A stretch of 64,000 bases of DNA from Vicugna vicugna (Eukaryota), in the NCBI GenBank assembly GCA_013265495.1, contig MU058384.1, positions 3,767,239 through 3,831,238 on the forward strand. The letters are read 5' to 3'. Shown here piece after piece: positions 1 through 11,918 of the stretch. Both the position numbers and the translations under genes were made by a program. The notes under the pieces were generated by a model that ran no database searches, was not told the DNA's origin, and saw nothing but the letters and a program-made list of their open reading frames with translations. Position 1 is the stretch's first letter; every line of letters begins with the position of its first letter.

Positions 1-974
1 CAGCCAGGGGATACACTGATCAAAAGCCCCCTAAAGAATGAAGTTGTAGTGGGGTAATCCACCTTTAGGAACACTTCACTGGTAAGGAACTAGAGTTTAT
101 GTTGATTTTTTTTCTTTTTATTTCCAGGCACTTTAGATGAGAAGTTTCCATGAAGTGATGTGAAATATTGCAGTTGCCTCTTAAATGTATTCCCCTTCTC
201 CCTATTTTTTTTTCCTTCAGTGGATTTAGTACAAAAGAAACATTCACTGTTCCACCTCGGTAATTAGACACCTTTTGAGGTCTTGTTTGCTATTTATTTT
301 TATTGAGTTAAAATGCACAAAAAGTACCTTTCTTTCTTTAAAGTTGATGCCTCTTTCGGGTTATATCATACACTGTGAGGAAGCTCTATTTCTTTCAAGA
401 GAACCGTTTGTATCCATTTAACTTCTATAAACATGAGCAGGCATTAATAAGAATTCAGTAGATTTCTATAGGGATGAATTTAATATAGTTCTATAATTTG
501 TTATAATGCATATATCACCTGCAATGAATGCAAAAAAGATCTGCAAGAGGGTTATACTTCAATGAGCAATTCTTCAGGAAGACCTAATGGACTGGCTGTT
601 GGCCAACAGCAGCTGTGGTTATTTTGTATGGTGCCAGCCAGAGGAGAGCCTTCAGCTCACTCAGCGCTCCCCACAGCTCCCTTCAATACCACCTCCATTT
701 CTGTGCCTGGTGCACCCAACAGAAATAATGATGGAGTAGCTCCTGTGCTGGGCATGAGGGCATCTCTCCTTCCAGTGACACAAGGACAATGCTAATTGTG
801 ATTGGCCTTTAGCCAAAAGTAAATGATAGAATATAGAGTTGGAAGGGACCAGCAATCACTCAGTCCAGCTCCTAGTGTGTTACATTAGACAGAGGTGAAA
901 GGACACGTGGCCAGTCAGGAGCAGAGCCAAGACTTAAACGTATCTACCCAAATTCATGGTCCAGTATTTTGTAC

Positions 975-1300
975 ATTCATTAACTAATTAATGTATTTGT
1001 CCTTTTATTGACTACTGACTACATGCCCTGCCAGGCAATCAGTTGGGATACAAATACGAACAAAACATGGCCCTCGCATCCAAGGAGCTCATGATGTAGG
1101 ATGAGAGAATCATATGAAATGGTATTTGCAATATCGTATGTGCAGTGCTGTCATAGAGGTCTGTATGAGGGGTAATGATGGCCAAAATAAGGATGTCATC
1201 TGCTTCTGTTAGGAGGTTAGGTGTCATTGAAGGCAGTCAAGGCTAGCTTCACAGAGAACAGGTTTCTTAAGCTATGCGGAGAGGATGCTATGTGATAAAG
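975..1300 (-). mobile_element. L2 LINE 3' fragment (ancient)
   Basis: cattcatt...ttattgactactgact...ccctcgcatccaaggagctca resembles the antisense L2 3' end; boundaries approximate. Confidence 0.6.
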
Positions 1301-1484
1301 AATGCAGAGAAGGGCGTTTTTAGTTACTTAGAAGGATGAGAGAAGGATATGCCTATAACAGGAAAGGGTGTAGTTTTCTACTCAGGGGAAATTACTCTGT
1401 AAGTCAAGTTTGTAAAATTCTACATACTATGTTCTTGGCTTCATGATTATCCAACATTTTTCTATTTGTTTTTCATGAACCATT

Positions 1485-1530
<46 letters not shown>
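1485..1530. repeat. Compound microsatellite (TG)9(AG)14
   Basis: Read directly from the sequence. Confidence 0.97.
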
Positions 1531-1535
<5 letters not shown>

Positions 1536-1734
1536 TATACTGCCTGTGAAACACTGTAGGAGAAGCCACTTTCAACCTTCCTCAACAATGTCACTCATCT
1601 ATCTGTTGATTTCCATTCCCCAGGGCACCACCATTGTCCAAGTCCTTATTTTGACATCCCTGTTCTTTGGCAATAGCTATCTAAATGCTTCTCCCTGTTC
1701 AATACTAAATACCGCTATCTAATTCATATTTTTA

Positions 1735-2210
1735 AAACTTTAACAAGGTTTATCTTTTATTTATCTTTCTCGGGTAATATATTCACATGATACAAAAATT
1801 TATATGTGCAAAAGGATATATTAGTGGAAAGTCATCCTCCCATCCTTGTCTCCCTGGCAGCCAACTCCCCTCTCTGTTGGCAGCCACTGTTAATTTCTTG
1901 TGTATCCCTCTAGAGAGATTTTATATACAAATTAGAATTTTCTTTTTCTCTGTTTTATATACATGAATAGCAGCACAGGGTAAAACTTTCTGTACTTAGC
2001 TTTTTTCACTTAGCAGTAAGTATATAGTGGAGATCTTTCCATATCACTCTATAGAGAACTTCCTCATTCTTTGTTCGGATGCAGTGTGTTCCATTGAATG
2101 GAGGTACCATAGTTTATTCAGCCAGTTTCTAGTTGATAGAACGTTACGTTGTTCCCAACCTTTGCTTTTACAAACATGTCCCTGTGTGTGTTGATAATTC
2201 TTTACGTGTA
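1735..2210 (-). mobile_element. Old L1 (L1ME-like) 3' fragment
   Basis: gcagccactgttaatttcttgtgtatcc...ttccatatcactctatagagaacttcctcattcttt...accatagtttattcagccag resembles the antisense L1ME 3' UTR. Confidence 0.7.
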
Positions 2211-3848
2211 TCACTCACCTAAGAAAATACTTGCACTGTCATGTGCCCAAATGCCCGCAGAACCTAGTACTTTATTTTGGCATTCAAGGCCATCTTCACT
2301 AAGGCCCCAGATAACTTTCTGATATTGTCAGTATGTGCCAAAGTGAACTTTCTGTTTTAGCCCAATGATTAAATTCAAGGTCTTTTTCAAATATCCCTTA
2401 TTTCTCTCTTCTATATTTCTCCCAATGAACGGTCTTTTGGAGCCCCCAGGAATAATGTTTATTGTTCTCTAAGTGGGCCTTTGCAGTTCCTGGTCCTCTG
2501 GCCGGATCCCCACCTCCCTGCTTTGCCTTTGGAAGTCGTGACGTGGCGCCTTTTGAGTTCCACTTTCTCTGCCGACCTTCTCAATATTCCTGGATCTCTA
2601 GGAACATCTTCTTTCCCTTAGGATCCCCAGCCCTTGCATAGTATCACTCTTTTGACGTAGCGTATGTGTGCATACATGCCTGAGCATCCAAGCTTATGAT
2701 GTTCCTTTTTAAATGTGTATGTGTCCTTTTTTCATCAACAAGATTGTAAGGTATTGAAGGGTCTCTTTTAATATTTTGCATACGTCTTTGTGACTGTAAG
2801 AATTACCCTACACAATTCCTTCCTCTATAGATTTTTGTTTACTCATCTGTTACCCTTAAATGTTCAAGAATCTTACATACTGCTCTGAGCCAAAGCCCTC
2901 CTAGGTGCCCCTTTGCCCCACATTGATGCTGAGATGAGGGACAGTGGCCTTGCATCGCTCCTCTGCTCCCCTCTTACCTTGCCCTAGCAGGTTCCTCTTC
3001 TTAGCCAGATGGACCACCCTTGAGGCTCCACAAATGCCATACGTGTCCTGTTCTCATAGCAACATACATGCCATCTTTCCCAAAACACTGTCCCATCTCT
3101 TTTTTCTAAATCATCATCCCCCAGCCTCAGTGAAACCTTTATGCAACAGTCCCTTCTAGATCATCTTTTCCATGTCCTAGTCATTTTAAAATCTAGGAAT
3201 AGTAACATGAGAGCTAGCTTTGCTCCAGACACGGTATAGCCACATTATTTGCATGATCTCACTTGTTTCTCACAACCTAGTAGATACAGAAACTGCCTGA
3301 AGTGCATGTATTGTATTTTGCTTCTTATGGTAAAAGACGTAACAATATGACAGTTATCGTCAGATGTCCTTATTGTCTACGTGTGGATTTGCCCACTCAG
3401 ATGAGTAGCCAATACCCTTTATTTCCAGCTTTCTTCCAAGCATACTGCTAGGTTCCTTCCTAGGCCTGAGTGAGACTGTGCTTTGGGAGCATACTCATTT
3501 TAACCTCGTCCTGAAAAGATCACAGCTGATAAGATAATTCCGCACATACATATGCTGTAGAAATGATTTTTAGGTTATTCGGTTTTTGGATTCTGTATGT
3601 TTGTGCCGTGTTCCTTAAACCACAGATGGTACTTTTGTGCACACCTGTCTCCTCCATCAGACTGTAATTTAGATGCAGGAACTTATTCAACACCTTCTAT
3701 TCTACACATTCTAAATTTCCAATTGCTAATAATAAATAATAAAATCGTTAATACAAATTTTTCCACATAGAATATTTCAATCGATTAATTGAATTAATTA
3801 ATTTTGTTTTAACCTCTCCTTTACTTTTTTTCTTTTCTCACTTTTCAG

Positions 3849-3872
3849 GAAATCATTTGCCAGAAGAATACT
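3849..3872 (+). CDS. MAP3K5: MAP3K5 exon 3 (24-nt microexon), EIICQKNT
   Basis: Long pyrimidine tract ending ttttcag|GAAATC...AATACT|gtgagt; phase 0-0; fills the 8 residues before MCTGNY. Confidence 0.93.
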
Positions 3873-6800
3873 GTGAGTATTTTGCTTAGCCCTTCCAGAA
3901 ACTTTTTAATCTTTTCTTTTCCATCACCTAATCTCTGGTGTTTTTTTCCATTTCTGCAAATGATTAATTCCTATCTGTTTTCCCTTTTTAAAATTTCTGA
4001 CTTGTCAATATAAATATGGGTTATTTTACATAAATATTGCTTTATATTGAAACTTTATACTAATGGGATGTGACACTGGTATCTGTTTTCTTCCATATAT
4101 AATTATGGTTTAGAAAAAAATTTCCCATAGTACATCCAATTTTGAATAATTATGAGTGGCACTAAAGCAGCATATATAGATACACAGATTCACACACACA
4201 TACGTGTGCATATGTGTGTATGTATACCTATATATACACATCTGTCTCTAAATACACTGTGTATCCATATATACACTGTTTATATACAGATTATAAATAT
4301 ACGTATCCACACATATACATGGGGATATGTGTACGTAGATACCTCTATCTCTATCAAGCATCTGTCTGTTGAGATTGACTTAAGATCCTAAGTCTTGTAG
4401 AGTACACTCTGAGACCTTTTGAGACCACACTTAAAAATTCATACCCTCCACCCAGAATTAAACTAAAGTTCAAAAGTGATCAAAATAAGTTTAAACATTT
4501 TTAAATGCTTGAAGAAAAATTATAGTATATTCTGGAATCAGCCTTGTTATGCCAGTGGTTGTACTGTTCCTTTTGGAAAATAAACCAGTATTTAAAATCT
4601 TGAAGAATGCATCACTGTAACTCAGTGTGGAAATAACATACTACATAAAGATCTGCACAGGATTCCATCTAAGATGATATGGTTAAAAGTACAATGGGTA
4701 GTTTTCCCTCAGATCAGAAACTTAAGAAATTAAGATTTAAGAAATGTAAGATTTCAAGTCAGAGGCTCATTGCAACATAAATAATTTTGCCATTAAAAAC
4801 TCATCCTTCACATCTCAATAGGAAATGAGCAACTATTGCTTCAGGCATCAATTCAGTGTACCAGAATTTATTAAGCAAACATTGATTGAACATGAACTGT
4901 GCATCAAGTTCGGGGCTTGGTGCCGCAAGGGATTCACCATAGGGTCTGAAAGTGGAACAGCCTATTCGTAACTGTCCCAGGAGGCAACAACTGAGGAGTG
5001 CCAGGGTCTAGTTGGGGAAGAAGGTCAATAAACAAATAAGCAAACAAACAAATTAGAAAATTAACATAAGGCAGTGTGCTAAAGAGGGAGCCACTATTCT
5101 CTCCACTAGTCATGGAAGGTCCTTCAGAAGAGGTAGCATTTACCTGAATGTCAGGGAAGAGTTAATCATGCCCAGTGATGGATTGGAAAAGTGGGGAAAC
5201 AGGTTTATAAGTTGATCCAATACTGCACATTACAAACAAGTCACACTGACTTGAGTGAGCTACAGTGTTTCCAGTACTGGGTGTCCTTCTCCAAAGCTGA
5301 GTATTTTGAGCATATATTTCAATATGTTTGAATGCAGAAAGCATTTCTTCCCAGAAGCTTAATTCATTTTCCACACACACTTATGTGTACATCTTTATGT
5401 AATTTTTAAAAATTGGAAAACAGAATTGGCGTCTTTTTTAACAACAGCAGTGAAGATAATTGGAGAGAATTCATCTAGATTTTGAGCTGTGAGTTTTTAT
5501 AGCCATGAAAACAAGCACAGACCAGAAGGATTAGCCTTATTATGTTAAGACCATGCCTTAGTGTTTCGAAATTTAAAGAAATATCATGTTTCTCCTTCAA
5601 GAAGCAGGTTGAAATGTTTCAGAATTAGTATCTTATGAGTAAAAGACCGTTGCTGCATCTCAGGTGTCTGTTCTTGGTCACACAGTCGTTGCTTTCACTT
5701 GCTTTGGATTATTACTCATTTCAGGCTCGGGCGTTAGTAGCAATCTGTGAACAGAAATCGCAGTAATGATATTTCTAAGTTACATGAGCCAACTTGGGGA
5801 ATAAATGTTCCCATATTATTTGTGTTCATTATTTTGAAAAAGTGCTTTTCTCAGCAGTTGATACCTTCTCACACTTTCTCCCCACTGCGCGCTCGCTGGG
5901 CTGGCTCACAGCTCAGGTCTAGGAGCATCTGTAGACCTCTTGCAGCTTTTTGCTCTCCCCTTTTTTTGAACAGTGGGACATTAGAAAAAAATGTTTTTGC
6001 CTTAGAAATATGTGGAAGAGACTCAAAAAAATGTAGTGAGGCCAGGAACTTGGAGAAATCCTTAGCATGCTGAATACCTTCAACAAGGATTCTGAAGACT
6101 TATTCCATGGGATTGAAAGACAGTTTCAGGCATCTGATTTTCTCTACTACTAGCATGACTCTCATTTCTCTCTTTTTACCCCTCCAGTGCTCAACACACC
6201 CCTAGACATCTGATAGTCATTCTCTCCCAGAATTAGTTTTACACAGATACATTATTCCCCAGTGCCCAGTATTTCAAAAATAATGTATTCTATGTCTTGT
6301 CTTATACACAAATACACATGCTATTAAGGCTTCTGAGGATACAGAATGTTATCTAGCAACAGAAGAATAATATTCCAAAACTCTTAATAGTGCTTCTCTG
6401 GTTTATTGGCTTCTCATCTGTTTGTCCTTATTTTCATGACTTGAAGATTCAGAGCCTTTTCTTTTGTAATTTTGAGTCCGAGTGCTTATGTGAAACAAGA
6501 GTATTTGATTCTATTGCTCTTTTATAACCCACTCATAGTTTAAGCTCTGGAAGCTTTGAAAAGCAACCTCTTGATATACTTGCCTTTCTTTTCTGCTTAG
6601 GCAACAGCTTGGCTGAAAGGATTAACTTGGGGGGACCTGCTGTGGGACCTTGGTAACATTTTAGAAGCAGGATATGTTTATTTTCTCTCTTCCTGACCAG
6701 TCTTCCAATTATTGTTCCATGAAGGAGAACTTGGAAAAGGAACAATTTCATGTACTTGATTTAAAAATCAAATCTCAACCTTTAGAGGTTCTTCTCATAC

Positions 6801-9800
6801 TTTAGATGGGAGTCAGGTCCAGTTTCTGCCTCATTACCTAACCTATGAGTGCCTCAAAGAATAACATGTTCATAAATAATTAAGTCCGGCCGTAACGGCA
6901 TTTGGCACTTCTCATCAGTAACTTGGTTCATGCAGGGTTCCGTGCAAGGTGACCTGAGGCAAAGGGTTGGTATGCCAGCATGCTGAGGCCACTCAGGACA
7001 GTGCCCAGCCCCCTAGCAATAATGGCCTGCCCTCTAGAGAAGGACTTCTTGGGCTGGAGTCCCAGGCACAGCCCAGCCCAGCTGCATGACCTCGGCCACC
7101 CAACCTGAATCCTCACCTGTCAGATGGAGACAAGATCGCCTTCCTCAGTGGGCTGTCATGAAGATAATGACTGTTCATTCCTTGGCACATGCAAGTGGTG
7201 AATAATTGTTTGCTCTCATTTGTTTAGTTCAAAGGGTAAGAGAAGTAATGCCTTGTTCTCTGTAATGCTGACATGGAACAAATTATCTGGGCTCCTGGGC
7301 TCCCTAGAAGAGTGATCGAGTTTTCCAGCCATCTCATTCTAGTTTTCAGCCCTCTGCTTTTTTTCTTTCTCTCTGGGTTTTCTCTTAGAGGTCACTCCCA
7401 TTTCCTCAGATTCAACCATACAAGAGAATTCCCAGGTTTGTATGTTGGCTTGAAGCCCTTTTATATTTCCAATTATATATATCCAGCTCTTTTTTGAACA
7501 TGGTCCCTCTAGATGCCCTGCTTCCCATAAATCCCAGCCTTTCAAAAGTGTGCACATTACCCTACGCACCCCAGGTCAAATCTCAGCCTCTCCCATGAGT
7601 TCTTCTCATATTTTAATTGGAATTCAGATTCTGTGTATGACCTGACATATTAATAATAAGTGCCCTCCAAGTGTAATCTGTTCATACATAATTGACTGGT
7701 CTGCTTTCTGAGTTCTTGCTTTTCGTTCAGGATCCCAGTCTTTCTTAGGGAACCCCATTTACAACTGTGGAGTCGCTTTCCTCCTCTCTCTCAATATCTG
7801 TATCAGTTGGCTGAGTCTCGGTAACTCATTCTTTTTGACATCGAGCACGTGCGTTAACTGTCCACTGCTGCTGCCGCCAATCTGGTCAGGCTTTATAGCT
7901 TCTCACCTAATTTCCTGAAGTCTTATTTCTTTCTTTTTCAATTCACTCTGTTTTCTGCCCACATTGTCAAAATGCACAGTTTTAATTACGTTTTCTTTCC
8001 TGCTCTATCGTTCCATGATTCCCACTGCCCAACTTTTAGAGTTTCAAATCCTTAAATTGTATTCACTTCCATTCCGTGAGCCCTCAGCTCCAGTCAGAGT
8101 CACTTACTCAGGGGTGTCCCATCCAATTTCTCTTTTATTCTTCCCAGCTCCACTTTTGTTTGCACTAGTGCACCCTCACTTGGCATCATCAGAGTCGTGA
8201 TGAGTGAGCTGAGAGCAACACGGATTGAGGTTAGAGAGAGAGAGGCAGGGTTTGGATAGTCAGGCCCTTGTAGGCTACAGGGACATTTTATCTCTATCCC
8301 AGGAGCAGGAGAGGAGGCTTGAAGGAAAGTCATCTGATACAGGTTGTTGAAAGATCATTTTAATGGCTGCGTAGATAATAGATTCGAGGGCAAGAGTGGA
8401 TGCAAGGAGACCAGCTAAAAGCCACTTACTGTGGCTCGGGCCGGGCATGTCGAAGTGCGGCAGAGAAAATGGAGGGAAATAGGCAAATATGGGAGTTATT
8501 TTGGAGATGGACTAGATAGGATTTTGATGGGTTATAGGAGGTGAAGGAAATGGAAGCATTCAGGATAACTTCAGGGTCTCTAGATTTAGGAACTGGGACA
8601 CTAATGGAGCTGTAACTGAGACAGAGCATCCTGGAAGGGAACAGCTTGATCTGGCATCTCACGCACAGAGCTGTCACGTGGGCAGCCCTTAAACATGAGC
8701 TCATATTATTTCTATGTATTTATGCTGTGTCTCTCTGACTAAAATGGAAGTTCCCTGAAGGCTGAAGACTGTGTTTTAAATTACCCTGTTTTTCCTGCAG
8801 CATATATCATAATGCCTTGGCCATGAGAAACGATGAATAAATATTTAATTGATTGATGGAAACTGTGTCGTGCTGGTTTTTTATATCATCTTTAAGTAAG
8901 CAATTAAAGAAATTGGAGAGGATTTATGTTCTCAGAGGTCATACATAAGAAATGAGGTTTTTTGATTTCCCTTCGCATTCAGGATTATTATTCAAAATGA
9001 CCCACTGAGGTAAGACGTGGGGTTACGTGTGGAGTCTGCAGGCCAACTCACCGCCTCCTGGTGTCTCCTCTCTCCACAGATGTGCACTGGGAACTACACG
9101 TTTGTTCCTTACATGATAACTCCGCATAACAAGGTCTACTGCTGTGATAGCAGCTTCATGAAGGGTTTGACGGAGCTCATGCAGCCAAACTTCGAGCTGC
9201 TTCTTGGACCCATCTGCTTACCTCTTGTGGATCGTTTCATTCAGCTTTTGAAGGTGGCACAAGCAAGTTCCAGGTGAGGTTGAATAATGCCATTTGTGAG
9301 GATAATGAAGTGTTAGTCTGCCTCCTTTGTGCATATTATCAGATTTCCCTTACATAGAGCACATAGACCAGAACCAGGGAAAAATATATAAGGTCCTGTA
9401 AATGGATAAAATAGATGCCCCATGGTCCACCTGTTGCGTTTTGTTCACTTTATTCACAGGAGAACAACTTAAAATCATAAAAAAAAAAAGATTGCCAACT
9501 ATGTTATAGTAATGGGTAGAGCTAAAAATATATTCAAAGTAAGGACAGAAACATTACCTGAATAAATGTCCAAGGACTTTTAGAGTAAGGACAAGAACTC
9601 TCTTGTTCTTGTCACTAAAAATTGCTGAAAGCATTATTTTATTTTAGTTAAGGGCAATCATTTATGCTAATAAATGACAATGATGAAACAGAAAGTAAAG
9701 GTTATATATCCTGTTCAAATCGCAGGCACACCTAGTTTATTTAAAACAATATCTATTCAAAACCATAAAATAAAAAACAAAGTTTTAGCATTTTAAGTGG

Positions 9801-11865
9801 TACACTGCAGGGTCTTGGAAAATTCATTAACATGGAGTGTCTTTATCTTTAATTCTTTCTGAAGCAAGATAGAGTGTAAAAAGAATAGGATGCCCAAATT
9901 TCTTAATGCCACATAGATGAGGTATTCCTTCTATGCAACTTAATGAACTGAAAGGCATGAATGCTGCAAATGTCATTCATTTCCTTATAAAAGCATTGCT
10001 TTCCATTGAAATCCTTTCTAGTATTAACTCCTTGAAATGTGTGTTTTCCCAACAGCCAGTATTTCCGAGAATCTATACTCAGTGATATCAGGAAAGCTCG
10101 TAACTTATACACTGGTAAAGAGTTGGCAGCTGAATTGGCAAGGATTCGACAGCGAGTGGATAATATTGAAGTCTTGACAGCAGATATTGTCATAAATCTG
10201 TTACTTTCCTACAGAGATATTCAGGTAAGAAGATGCTCGAGGTAAAATCTTAGTCATATAACCTGTTGGAAGAATAAGGGAATGCTTACATCCAGTTTCA
10301 GGTAGCTAATAAGTCGTTCATGTCACTACATGGACGTTTTTATTGGCTCTCCAATGCTTTCTGTCCAGAGATTTTATGATAAATGAAACAGACTCATATG
10401 AGTTAACCGTCAGTGATTACGAAAGACTTGTACAATAAAGGCTTGACTTTTTCCTCCAAAAGAACAAAAAGAAAAATTTGCATGCATAGCTAATCCACAG
10501 CCAGCCTATTCTATTCATTAGCCTCAGGCACACCTGTCAGTAAATAAATGAAAGCTTTGTTTTGGCAAAAACCAGAAATTTTTAGAGCTTTTTGGACATG
10601 TCTCTTAATCCTTGAAATTGTGTTGCTTGAAATTAATAGTGCTGGATCTAACTAGCCAGAAGCAAGAAATGTGCAATTAATCGATGATAAAAATAACATT
10701 AAAAATATATAATGTAAAACATGAACATGCCGTATAATTTTTATATGTCTTAAAATGTTTAAATTATGGTAAGTAGAAGGAAATCCTCTCTGGGTTGGGA
10801 ATTTACTATTGGATTTTTACAGTAAAATTTAAGTGACTTCTGGTTTCCTATTCCCAACCATTCAGGCCCAAGTAAGGTTTCACATGGACAACAGAGATTC
10901 ACATACGTTGAGAAGTGTGGCACTTAGGAGCCCATGACTAGAGAGCTTAGTGATGTTGAAATGAGATCATTTTGTTACTTAGAACTTTAGTCAGTTGTTC
11001 CATATCCTTGATATTTTAGAAATTATTTCCCTGAAAAGAATTGGTAAGACACTGCACACCAGGAATCTGGCTCCATGGAGAAGTAAACCACCCACATTTA
11101 GACAACATGGCATTACCATGCTAGATGGCTTACGTTTTTTAGGTCGGATGTGGTAACTCAATATTTCTAATGTTTTATCTGCGTAATCCAAACTCTTCAA
11201 ACAAGCAAACAAACAGTTTCTTTTTGGTTCTAGATTCTTCAAAATGTTCAGGCATTCTAGTTCTCTCTCTCTCTCTCTCTTTTTAATTTTTATTGAAGTA
11301 TGGTCAGTTTACAATGTTGTGTCAATTTCTAGTTCTCTTTTTAATGCTCTTCTCAGGTTCAGGTATCTGGTTGTCAAAAGGCATTTCATGTCAGGAGTTT
11401 CTCCTAATGCTTTAATTCTATGTTATTCTCCTCTTGTTTGGAAGGACTATGATTCTATTGTGAAGCTAGTAGAGACTTTAGAAAAGCTGCCGACCTTTGA
11501 TTTGGCCTCCCATCACCACGTGAAGTTTCATTGTGCATTTGCACTGAATAGGTAAGAAGAAAAATTTCCCAGCCACAATGGGCTAACATTGTTTTCTAAC
11601 CTGCCTATTCTCTCTGTGGTATGTTTTCACTGTAGCGTTGCAGCCACTCCCTATTAGAATGTAGTGTTAATATTTTTACTTCAACCATGTAAAATTAAGA
11701 AGCATGTATTCTGATCTTTTTCTGGCTTTTTTGCCAGTAAAAAAAAGTGCCTCAGTGTTTATATATTTAAATCTTTCTTTAATCTTATTTTTATTGAAGC
11801 ATAGTTGATATACAGTGTTACTTCCAGGTGTAGAGCAAGGTGATTCATATATATATGAACATGTG

Positions 11866-11918
<53 letters not shown>

